Shown here one piece after another: positions 53,610 through 64,000 of a stretch of DNA of 64,000 nt. The notes beneath the pieces were generated by a model, which was not told where the DNA came from, made no database searches, and saw only the letters and a list, made by a program, of their open reading frames with translations. Every line of letters begins with the position of its first letter. The stretch's first letter is position 1. Source of the stretch: Octopus vulgaris (Eukaryota); assembly GCA_951406725.2 (NCBI GenBank), contig OX597815.1, forward strand, positions 210,490,001-210,554,000, written 5' to 3'. A program made the translations under genes and the position numbers.

Positions 53610-54919
53610 TTGGGTTGGCAACTAAGTTCCCGCCGTATTTTTAAATTTTGAAATTTATTGTGTTTTTAAATTTTGGAATCTATTTTATTCGAGAATTCTA
53701 TTTTTGAATCATTTTGGAATCTATTTTATTTTTTTTTATTTTTTTGTAGTTAATTTTAGTTAATTTTTGTTTATTTTCAGATCATTAAAATGGAATGTCA
53801 AGTTAAGAAAAACGAGCATTTTAAACACCTTTTTTTATTTTAATCAAGGTTCTAAGGCCGCAAAAGCTGCTCGCGACATTTGTGCTGTGTATGGAGAGGG
53901 TGCCACAGATGAAAGAACCGTTTGTGATTGGTATGCTAAGTTCAAAAATGGAAATTTTGACCTCAAAGACGCACCTCGTTCTGGCCGTCCTGTTGAGTTC
54001 GATGAAGAGCGATTAAACCAACTTTTGCACGAAAATTCTCGTCAAACGTTAAGTTAAGTTAATTTCTTGTCTCAAAAAGCAAAAAGCAAGGCGATGTAGG
54101 CAGATATGGAGTTATGCTCCCACACTGCTATAGAGAAGCATCTTCCTCGATAGGAAAGGTTCAGAAGTATGGATCATGGCTTACACATGCTTTATGTGAC
54201 AACAGCAAAAATCAACGAGCCACAATCTCCGCTAGTTTGCTTGCTCGTTACCGCTCAACTCATGGACACAAACAACGATTTCTTTACCGAATCGTTACTG
54301 GCGACGAAACTTGGTGCCTGTACATCTATATGAAGCAGCGTAAGGTATGGCTTAGTCCCGGTAAACAAGCGACAGCGCGCGTGAAACAAGATCTTCATCC
54401 GCGTAAAACGATGTTGTGCATATGGTGGAACTGGGAAGGGATAATCCATTATGAATTTCTTGAACGAAACCAACCGGTCAATGCGGAACTCTATGTGCAA
54501 CAGTTGGAACGACTTAACACGGCTATTCAAGAGAAAAACCCGTGTAGTAGGACTCCGTCCTGCTGCACTGTAACGCCCGCCCTTATATCGCTAATATGAC
54601 GAAGGAAGCCATTCAAACGCATAGCTGGGAAGTGCTGCCACACCCGCCGTACTCTCCTGATTTGGCACCAACGGATTTCCACCTCTTTCGATCTCTTTTA
54701 AAAGCCATGCGCCGAGTTTCTTTCAATACTGATGCAGAATTGAGAGCATGGTTGGATCATTTTCTCGAGTCGAAATCTGGTGTTTTCTACCAACGAGGTA
54801 TTGAAAATCTTGTTGAACGTTGAGAAGAAGTAAACAACAAGGGTAAATGCATTATTGATTAATTAGTTGTTACTTTTTATCAAACCTCTTAAAAAATCTA
54901 AGATAAAAAACCAGCCCAA
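53610..54919 (+). mobile_element. Mariner DNA transposon with disrupted transposase
   Basis: TA|TTGGGTTGG ... CCAGCCCAA|TA ends; DLKDAPRSGRP, IVTGDETW, MLCIWWNWEG and HPPYSPDLAPTDFHLFRS; several frameshifts. Confidence 0.92.
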
Positions 54920-54934
54920 TATATTGAATATAAT

Positions 54935-55805
54935 TCTTTCTACTATAGGCACAAGCCGGAAATTGTGGGAGAGGGGACTAGACAATTACATCAACACTAG
55001 TGTTTCACTGGTACTTAATGTACCGACTCCGAAATGCAAAGTCGACCTCGGTGGAATTTGAACACACAACGTAGCGACGGGCGAAATACCGATAATCATT
55101 TCGTCCTTTCTACTATAGGCACAAGGCCTGATTTTTGGGGGGCGGGAATCAGTTGTTTACACTGATACTTAATTTATCGACCTCGAAAGGATGAAAGGCA
55201 AAGTCGATCTCGGCGGAATTTGAGTACAGATCATAGTGACTGGCGAAATTCCGATAAGCATTTCGTCCAGCTTGCTAACGATTCTGCCAGCTCACCGCCT
55301 TGATATATATACTTTTCTACTCTAGGCACAAGGCCCGAAATTTGGGAGGAGGAGGCCAGTCGATTAGATCGTCCCCAGTACGCAACTGGTACTTAATTTA
55401 GCGGTGAGCTGGTAGAAACGTTAAGCACGCCGGGCGAAATGTTTTGTGAGTAGTAAAGAAATAGGTACTTAATTTATCGATCCCACAAGGATGAAAGGCA
55501 AAGTTGACCTCGACGGAATTTGAACTGAGAACTTAATGTCAGACGAAATACTGGTAAGCATTTCTCCCGTCATGCTAATGCCTTGATATATATTAAATAT
55601 AATAACGTTGAACATAAACTTTTCTATTCTAGGCACAAAGCCCGAAATTTGGGTGGGGGCAGTCGATTAGATCGACCCCAGCATGCAGATGGTACTTAAT
55701 TTATCGACCCCGAAAGGATGGAAGGCAAAGACGACCTCGGCGGAATTTGAACTGGGAACTTAGAGACGAAATATGGCCAAACTTTTCGCCCGGCATGTTA
55801 ACACC
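54935..55805 (-). mobile_element. Tandem array of ~5 SINE family B variant units
   Basis: Repeated TTTCTAC.(A/C)TAGGCACAAG...GGATG(A/G)AAGGCAAAG..GACCTCGGCGGAATTTGA...CCTTGATATAT. Confidence 0.85.
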
Positions 55806-55813
55806 TTGATATA

Positions 55814-56212
55814 TCTTTATATATAAAAGAGAAGTTGTGTGTCTGTCTCCTACGATTTAGATTCCTAATAACTCCCATATTTTGCGGTGCAGTTTAACCA
55901 AAACCGGGTATCTTACAGTCGTGATTCATATCGAGCCCTTCTGGGTATTAGCGCGCGTCTACGATGAGTCTACGATTTAAAAAAATATTTACCATCATTT
56001 TTTTTCCATTTTAATGCATTTGTTTCGCTATTATATAAGGGAAGTAACTCTCTAAAAATGTCTACGATGAGTCAACGATTTAAAAAAAAATTTACCATCA
56101 TTTTTTTCCATTTTTAATGCATTTTTTTGCTATTTTTTGGCTATAACTCTCTAAAAATGCTTATATATTTATTTCCCTTACAAACCCGAGCAACGCCGGG
56201 CGATACTGCTAG
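55814..56212 (+). mobile_element. Non-autonomous Helitron
   Basis: 5' A|TCTTTATATATAAAA, 3' hairpin CCCGAGC-AAC-GCCGGG then CTAG|T; inserted between A and T with no TSD; internal ~65-bp duplication. Confidence 0.85.
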
Positions 56213-56907
56213 TACTGAATATAATAACGTTGAACATATACAACATAGAAGTATATTGCCGATTCAGTTTCATCAAATTATTGTTCATTTGGTTTTAATA
56301 AGTATCACCTCCTTTGTTTCCTTTACTTTTATAGCAATGTCGTTCGTTATTTATTTTAGACATTTAATTATTATTCGAAATAAAAAAATATATATTTTGT
56401 GGTTTTTTAAAAATAAATTTGCTTTTCCAGCAAACGTAAAGAGGAAATTATTGAGGATGACCAAAAAAAATTATTCATTAAGATAAACTAATCAATATAT
56501 TTCCTTGAAATTTCGCAAAGATTCCCAAGAGACTCTTCGTCAAAACTTAGTCACATTATTGAATTTAAAACTCTAATTAAAACCAAAGGAATAAGACTCG
56601 TATAGCGTAAAATCAAATAAGCATTAATCAAAATGTCTTCTTGTTGTACGCGTATGTGTATTCATATATGTTAATCTAGTGATGCGTACATACGTATGCG
56701 TTTGTATGTTCGAATATGTATACATACACACATATATATATACGTGCATGCATATATATGCGTCTGTGTGCGTATGTGCGGAGCAATAAATTATATATAT
56801 ATATATAATTTACTTGTGAGATTTTTGCTGCCCTGGTAACTATTTATTTATTTTTTCCGTGTTAATTGTTAACAAGGTAAAAATACACTCATCTATTTAT
56901 ATATATG

Positions 56908-56968
<61 letters not shown>

Positions 56969-57456
56969 TGATATAGATACGGCTTACTTATCAAGAAAAA
57001 TATTTTTTGTGCAAAGATTATCAAAGGGCTTAATGAGGTGAAAACATTTTCTAGATGAAAATATAGGACAGAATATATCTGAATCTAAATGATGCAAGGA
57101 AGATAGATAGGTATGCATATGTAAATCAGGCATATAATAAAGACACAGGCACATCTGACATTTTATTAACTTCCCTTCGAAGGAAGATAGTTTCTCGAAA
57201 TTTCGATTAATCACGATGTATAAAGTTAGTGTTTCAAGGAGTGAGAATGTGTGGAATATTTTGCAATTGGATCTGACTGACCAATGCAGCGGGAAATAAA
57301 TGATAATAGTGAGGAATCTTTGAAATTTTCTATAGGAAACAGACAGAGCTTCTACATGTGTCTGTACCTACACACGTACATACATGCAGGTAGATATGTA
57401 TGTAGGTAGGTAGGTAGGTAGGTAGGTAGGTAGGTAGGTAGGTAGGTAGGTAGGTA

Positions 57457-58735
57457 CGAGGGACGTTCAATAAGTAATGCCTCTGACCCACTTGCAGTTG
57501 TTCGATCTAGCTGAAATTTTGCATGTGCAATCATTTATATCTCTATAGCACTGAATTAATTGAGGTTTCTGATTTACAGGTATTTGAACCGAGTCAAGTG
57601 TGAAATGGAGCCTGTTGAGTGTCGAGCAGTGATCCGGTTTTTGTATTTGAAAGGACGCACGCCACGGGAGACTTTTGATGAAATGAAAGTAACTTATGGT
57701 GATGATGCCCCATCATATGACCTTGTAAAACGCTGGCATCGTGAATTCAAACATGGTCGGAACTCTGTGGAAACAGTTCCCAGATCTGGTCGCCCCCTTC
57801 TGCCATTGATGAGGCATCTGTCCGTCAAATTGAGGCTGCCATTTTGGAAGATCGACGCATAACTATTCGCCAAATAGCCCATGAGGTCAAGATTAGTACC
57901 GGGTCTGTGGAAACTATCATTCATGACCATTTGCATATGCAAAAGGTATCTGCCAGATGGATTCCCAGGTTGCTCACGCCTTTCCAGAAGCAAGAACGCG
58001 TCGAGTGCTCGAGGGTGAATTTGGAGATGTGCCAAAAGATGAGTCAAAATTTTTCAAAAGACTGATTACACAGGATGAAACCTGGGTCCATCACGATGAT
58101 CCAGAGACCAAAGCCCAGTCAATGCAGTAGAAGCACCGTGACTCACCCCCTCCAAAGAAGGCAAGGGTGCAGCCCTCCGCTGGCAAGGTCATGCTCACAG
58201 TTTTCTGGGACCAGGACGGAGTAGTGATGACAGATTTCCTGGCAAAGGGTACCACAATTGCAGGAGCCTATTATGCTTCACTTTTGAGGAAATTAAGAGA
58301 AGTTATCAAAATCAAGAGGCGGGGCAAGATCAGCAAAGGCATCCTCCTCCTGCAGGACAACGCTCCGGTCCACAACTCGCTTGTCGCCAGATCAGAAGCA
58401 CAGGCGTATGGCTATGAACTCCTCCCCCATCCCCCTACTTTCCTGACCTTGCACCCTCTGATTTTCACCTCTTCCCAGTCATGAAGTTGTTTTTGAAAGG
58501 AAAGCGTTTCCCAGATGATGCAGCCTTGATTTCTGAAGTCGCGTTCAGGTTGGAGGACCAAGCTGGGATCTTCTATAAAAACGGTCTCCAGAGCTGCATC
58601 AAACAATGGGAGAAATGCGTAACTCTGGGTGGTTCCTATGTAGAAAATTACTAATAACTGTGCCAAGTTTTGTTGCTCTAATGCTCTACCCTCTACTGAA
58701 GTGGGTCAGAGGCATTACTTATTGAACGCCCCTCG
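57457..58735 (+). mobile_element. Full-length mariner (irritans-like) with ~40-bp TIRs and TA TSD; transposase frameshifted
   Basis: TA|CGAGGGACGTTCAATAAGTAATGCCTCTGACCCACTT / AAGTGGGTCAGAGGCATTACTTATTGAACGCCCCTCG|TA; KVSARWIPRLLT, ITQDETW, SAGKVMLTVFWD, LQDNAPVH, PDLAPSDFHLFP. Confidence 0.95.
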
Positions 58736-58738
58736 TAT

Positions 58739-58958
58739 AAGGCGGTGAGCTGACACAAACGTTAGCACGTCGAGCGAAATGCTTAGAAGTATTTCGTCTG
58801 CCGTTACGTTCTGAGTTCAAATAACGCCGAGGTCGACTTTGCCTTTCATCCTTTTGGAGTCGATAAATTAAGTACCAGTTACGCACTGGGGACTTAATTC
58901 CTTTGTCTCCTTGTTTGTCCCCTCTGTATTTAGCCCCTTGTGGGTAGTAAAGAAATAG
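58739..58958 (+). mobile_element. SINE family B copy followed by (TAGG)n
   Basis: AAGGCGGTGAGCTG...GCCTTTCATCCTTTTGGAGTCGATAAATTAAGTACCAG...AAAGAAATAG. Confidence 0.85.
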
Positions 58959-59939
58959 GTAGGTAGATAAGTAGGTAGATAGGTAGGTAGGTAGGTAGGT
59001 AGGTAGGTAGGTAGGTAGGTAGGTAGGTAGGTACGTGAGAGTGTGTGTTCCTGCCTGTGTGTAAATTAGTGGTACGACTAGTTGCAATTAAAAGAACGTA
59101 TAGATCTACTTTCTGCATCCACGAAATTCATGAAAACTGACATATTAACTTCCTCAATATAAAATGTGTGCACCCGAAATATCGAACCGGCAAAATAGAG
59201 CTTTAGTAATATAAAAAATGCGAACGACTACAACATTAGTGATATGCAACCGTTTTTTGTTTATGTATTCTTACTCTTTTACTTGTTTTAGCTTTTGGTG
59301 TGTGTCCATACGGGAAAAGCTTCTTCAACAATATTTGTCGGCGAAGTCGATCCCGTCATTTTCTTCAAGTGTGTAGTACTTAATTTTACTATTCTTAAGA
59401 ATAGTATATCACTATTCTTTAAGTATGTTACTTAATTTTATGGTCTCCTTTGTGTTGCGCTATTAGGTAACAAGAACGACAACAAACCAAAACCGGTTGT
59501 CATTGCTAAGCGAGGCAAATGCAAGCAGAAATATTTGCATACACGCGCACATTTGCACATATACCTGACGCGCATAAAGACAGGCGTTTTGGCATGGTCA
59601 AGAAGTATGCCTTGCAATTACGCGCTAGCGAATTCAGTTCCGCTGGGCAAATGTTTCCTACTACAGCGCTGTCAATGAATTTACTAGGCGGAAACTGGGT
59701 TGGTGTCTGTCGTATATGTTTGTGCGCAGGCGCACTTCTTTGTGTTTTCGGCTCTCATCGCTTCATAACCTGTGATGCTTGGTTTATGTCTACGTAAATT
59801 AAGTTCTGAAAAAAGAGATCAACTCAGTATATGCCAGATTTAAAATGAATATTGGAGTCGATTTTCTCAAAAATGCTTTCAAGACAGAACCCGAAAGTGA
59901 CTGCAAAAGGTAAAACGATAGAGAACACACTTACGTACT

Positions 59940-60210
59940 GTTTCTTATTTCTTTATTGCCCACAAGCAGATAAACATAGAGGAAACAAACATGGACAGAC
60001 AAAGGGATTAAGGCGACTACATCAACCCCAGTGTGTGACATGTACTTAATTTATTGACCCCGGAAGGATGAAAGGCAAAGTCGACCTCGGCGGAATTTGA
60101 ACTCAGAACGTAGCGGCAGCAGAAATACCGCTAAGCACTTCGCCTGACATGCTAACGCTTCTGCCAGCTCGACGCTTCTACCAGCACGACTATTCTGCCA
60201 GCTCGCCGCT
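59940..60210 (-). mobile_element. SINE family B copy
   Basis: GGATGAAAGGCAAAGTCGACCTCGGCGGAATTTGAACTCAGAACG. Confidence 0.85.
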
Positions 60211-61499
60211 TACGTACTGTTTCTGCCAGCCAAATCCATTCACAAAGCTATAAGGCATTGGTCGGCATCAGAAAGATATTTACCGAACGTTGTAGTACAC
60301 AGAGTAACTGAAGTTCAAACCACTTGCTTTCGAATAGAACTCTTTAATCACATAACCACGCCTATTGGAATTATTTAAATATATTTCGAAATTGAACTGT
60401 AAAATATTGTGCGCTTCTAACTGACAATTTGTGTGTGTTAAAACTTTGGTATAGCTTTCATAAACAGAGATGATAAAAATATGAGTCAACAAGAGTAGGC
60501 CAATCATTGTCTCCTCCAACAATAAAATGTGACGATCATTGTAAATATCAAGAAATATATTGTAATACACCAAAGAATATAAAGGGTGCACGGGTATTAG
60601 TGAGTTGTTTCCTTCCTTAACAGTGCCAGAAAATTTTCGTTTCATAATTCTCTACAATGTCCAAATAAGACACAATCAATCTGAAATATATTTGGTGTCG
60701 GTTTCATATGAGCATTTTTGAAAATGTATTCGACTTAACGTCTATAAGGCTTAATTTAAATGTTGCTTATGTCACAAGTGGTGCATGGTTTCTCTTTCGA
60801 CTATTGCTATATCGAATGTTTTTCTGGGAATTATATAGAATGAACTTTAAAATATTTACTGTGAGGAATTTGATTGTTTCATGTGAAAAGAATGTTGTGA
60901 AATGATAAGTAATCTTTCTTAGTTAATGAAATATGATATTGCTTGATACTAAAAATAACTGACAAACGTGGAAAATTCTATTATAGTTTCATGAGAGAAT
61001 ATATTGATATATTTAGGTGATATCTTATCGTACCACAAGTCAACTAATGTTTATAGTTTCCTAACAAAAATTATTGTTGGCAGGTTTTGGTGTGAAAGTC
61101 AAAATACTGCAATCACTTATATACGAATGACAATCATCTGTAATCAATTTCTGTTACCTTAATCCATTCTTACAGGTTTGTAATTGACTTTGACACGGAT
61201 CAGAAGGTTTGGATTCATCGTTCTGATTTCAATACTGTATTTATTGTACACCAATATCTGATGTTCGTAATCATTATAATTGATAAATGCAGGAACAGGA
61301 GTGAAATATTGCTTCGACTGTTTCCAGATCAATCAATCTATTTACGAATCTTGACAATGCGACTGTTCTTTGTTAAATTCCTAAAGACGTATTATATTTT
61401 CGAAAGTGATACATTACAGGAAGTGATAGCTCTGGTTCGCCCAATTACTTTCTGAACATTTCCGTGTAAACAACCTGCAATCATTCATAGATACACTTA

Positions 61500-62900
61500 T
61501 GCATTTTTCTATTCCCGATATCATATGACCTCTCAGGAGTAGCTACATGTCATTGACATTCTTTAGCCTACATGTGCTTTCTATGTAAAAATGAAAACAA
61601 AAACTAAGGGAAACAGCACACAACCATTAGAAGACCTCGCGATGTCTCTGTTTTGTCATTTACTATTTATTTTAGTAATATTCTCATAAAATGCATTGCA
61701 TTGCTAACATAGACAAAAGTGCTTACATATAGCTATTACTGTTATGGCTTGAACATGATCTGAGTATCAGCAAATTTATATTTTAAGGAGCAGGTATTTT
61801 CTTTGAAAGTTTCAATTTATTCAATTAATTCAGAATATACTGGACACATTAGAAGCTACTTAGCTCAATGGAAAGTTGAGATTTTTCACAATTCTCCGTA
61901 CTTCAATATTTAGAGAAAACATTATCTCTATTTCACCAACGTTATTGTCTCACAAATGCGTGTGTAATAAGCTCTACGAACGTAATATGTAGGAGAAAAA
62001 ATAACAGTTCTACTACAGAGTCAATTATGAGAAAAGAAAGTTACATGATCATCCCTGTCAAAAGACTATGAACTAAGCAGTGCCAAATAATATTACTATA
62101 TAGTATCCAGGGTAAAACTTAGCAACATATTAGCATTTAGCTTCGTGATTACTTTGTAAGGATTTATGAATCAAACAAATCCCTAATGAGTTCTACTTAA
62201 TTGAATTGAAGATGTTAATGGGAAACCTACACCGGCGTTTGTTTCTGATCTATCGATGCAAAACTATGTAGCTCGTTGATGGCAGTTGGACATGCATTTT
62301 AATGAGAAATGCATTCATGGCATAGGATAAAAAGGCAATGATGCTTTTCATAACAAATGCAAAGCGAAAGCGAAAAATCAGTGTCCATTGCTTTAGATAA
62401 AACATGGAGAAAAAAATATTGTATGATTTTTGTAGTTTGGAACAGTTCATGAGTCATTAACCTCAGAAATGTATTGTTGTGAACATAATGGTCTCCTTGT
62501 TATGCAGTGGATGCACTTGTACTGTCCATTGTGACATTTAACGCACGTTGCATTATTTTCTAAATCATACGATTCTTGCTTCATTGAGAAATTAAATATA
62601 ATAGCAACAACACAGATTATAAAGATGAATTATGTTGGTGGAAAATAATATGGATTCTTTAGATGACAACGCAAAAAAATGGAGGGGTTATAATATTTCT
62701 ATATTAGTGTCTCGATATACTTGGGAAGCAATATTTACTGTACTTTGGGTAGTTTATTATCATTTTGGTTTATATGTCGTCTAAACTTAAACGGACATGT
62801 ACATTTTAGGTTTATAGCTACTGTCAGATTATTAAGAATGAAATGGCCGATTTTCTTATGCACCAAGTTTGACAGTCGTTAACTCTTAATGTTTTATCCT
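61500..62900 (-). mobile_element. Possible hAT transposase relic
   Basis: Minus strand KCIHCITRR (cf. HCIIHR) near 62490-62520 and MTKQR near 61650; very degenerate. Confidence 0.3.
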
Positions 62901-62965
62901 GACAATTCTTTGTTTTACAACATTGAAGAGTTACGTTATTACTTTTCGAAATGCAATTCATGGTG

Positions 62966-63185
62966 TCTGGCAGACACGTTAGCGCCGGGCGAAATGCTTA
63001 GCGGTATTTCGTCTGTCGTTACGTTCTGAGTTCAAATTCCGCCGAGGTCGACTTTGCCTTTCATCCTTTCGGGGTCGGTAAATAAAGTACCAGTTTCACA
63101 CTGGGGTCGATGTAATCGACTTATCCCTTTGTCTGTGCTTGTTTTTCCCTTCTATGTTTAGCCCCTTGTGGGCAATAAAGAAATA
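62966..63185 (+). mobile_element. SINE family B copy
   Basis: GAGTTCAAATTCCGCCGAGGTCGACTTTGCCTTTCATCCTTTCGGGGTCGG. Confidence 0.85.
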
Positions 63186-63227
63186 TATATTGTGATTTTT
63201 CTCTTGCAAACTAATTTTTGTAAACGT

Positions 63228-63445
63228 ATGGGTAGATCGAAAATTCGTGTTGTTTATAAATAAGAATTCCGTCGTGGGGCCAGTGCATCCAGACGGCTCG
63301 AAACATCAATGAGGTGTCTGGTGAAGATGTGGCGAATGAGAGCACTATACGTCGATCGTTTGAAAAGTTCCAGTCTAGTGACTTTACTCTTGAAAATCAG
63401 CCCCGTGGTTGACCTGAGACCAAGGTGGATAACGATGAGCTGGAA
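63228..63445 (+). mobile_element. Mariner (Hsmar1-like) transposase N-terminal fragment
   Basis: MGRSKIRVVYK*EFRRG...ARNINEVSGEDVANESTIRRSFEKFQSSDFTLENQPRG*PETKVDNDEL. Confidence 0.8.
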
Positions 63446-64000
63446 CTGTATGCACAAATTGTATACACAAATTGCTGCTAGGGACACAGTATATTCCTTT
63501 GCAAACACAATAGACTACCAAGCATATTAAAGTATTTTAAGTCAATACTAATGTGTCCTACTTTGGTGTTAACAGTTCACTAAAGACTTTCTTTACAACT
63601 TAGAGCTAGTACTGAAAGTTACGACGTTTCGTATACGAATACGTTTATGTATTTATGTAAACAATGTGATTGAAGATAGAAAAATAGGTAATGAGGTAAT
63701 GAGCATATATGCATATTTCAAGCGTTATTACTTCTTCTTCAGCACCAACACATTAACTATCCACAAATACGTTCATTAAATCGCACTTAGTGTAGCGGTG
63801 TAACACTGTTGGATAAACCAATTCATATATTAACCACATTCCTAGCAACTGGCACGTGCATATTTGTAGAGGTTAGGGATCACCGTATTTCGTTTTGTAA
63901 CCATGATGAAAATAACGCTTTGCTGACACAATTAGGAGTTAGTATTGACTTATACACCTTTAACACACCGTAAATCCTCGAGTATAATCCGCATTTTTTC

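Overview
AT-rich eukaryotic non-coding DNA, saturated with (TA)n/(CA)n/(GATA)n/(TAGG)n/(AAT)n microsatellites and transposon debris. The SINE complement and composition suggest a cephalopod such as Octopus (inference, not database-checked). I found no supportable host protein-coding exon; most ORF-track entries are microsatellite translations. Recognisable elements: several Penelope-like elements (PLEs; RT plus GIY-YIG), a Gypsy integrase/PPT/LTR remnant, LINE fragments, two full-length but disrupted mariner elements plus relics, hAT relics, non-autonomous Helitrons and at least four tRNA-derived SINE families. The main observation is an unannotated hammerhead-ribozyme (HHR) system. A 4.2 x 399-bp tandem array at 2137-3810 carries a complete type I HHR with a palindromic minimal stem III in every unit (retrozyme or PLE pseudo-LTR-like). 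At least seven other sequence-unrelated intact or degenerate HHR modules lie elsewhere, many beside (TA)n runs and many in fold-back inverted repeats. All structures were read by eye; none was computed.
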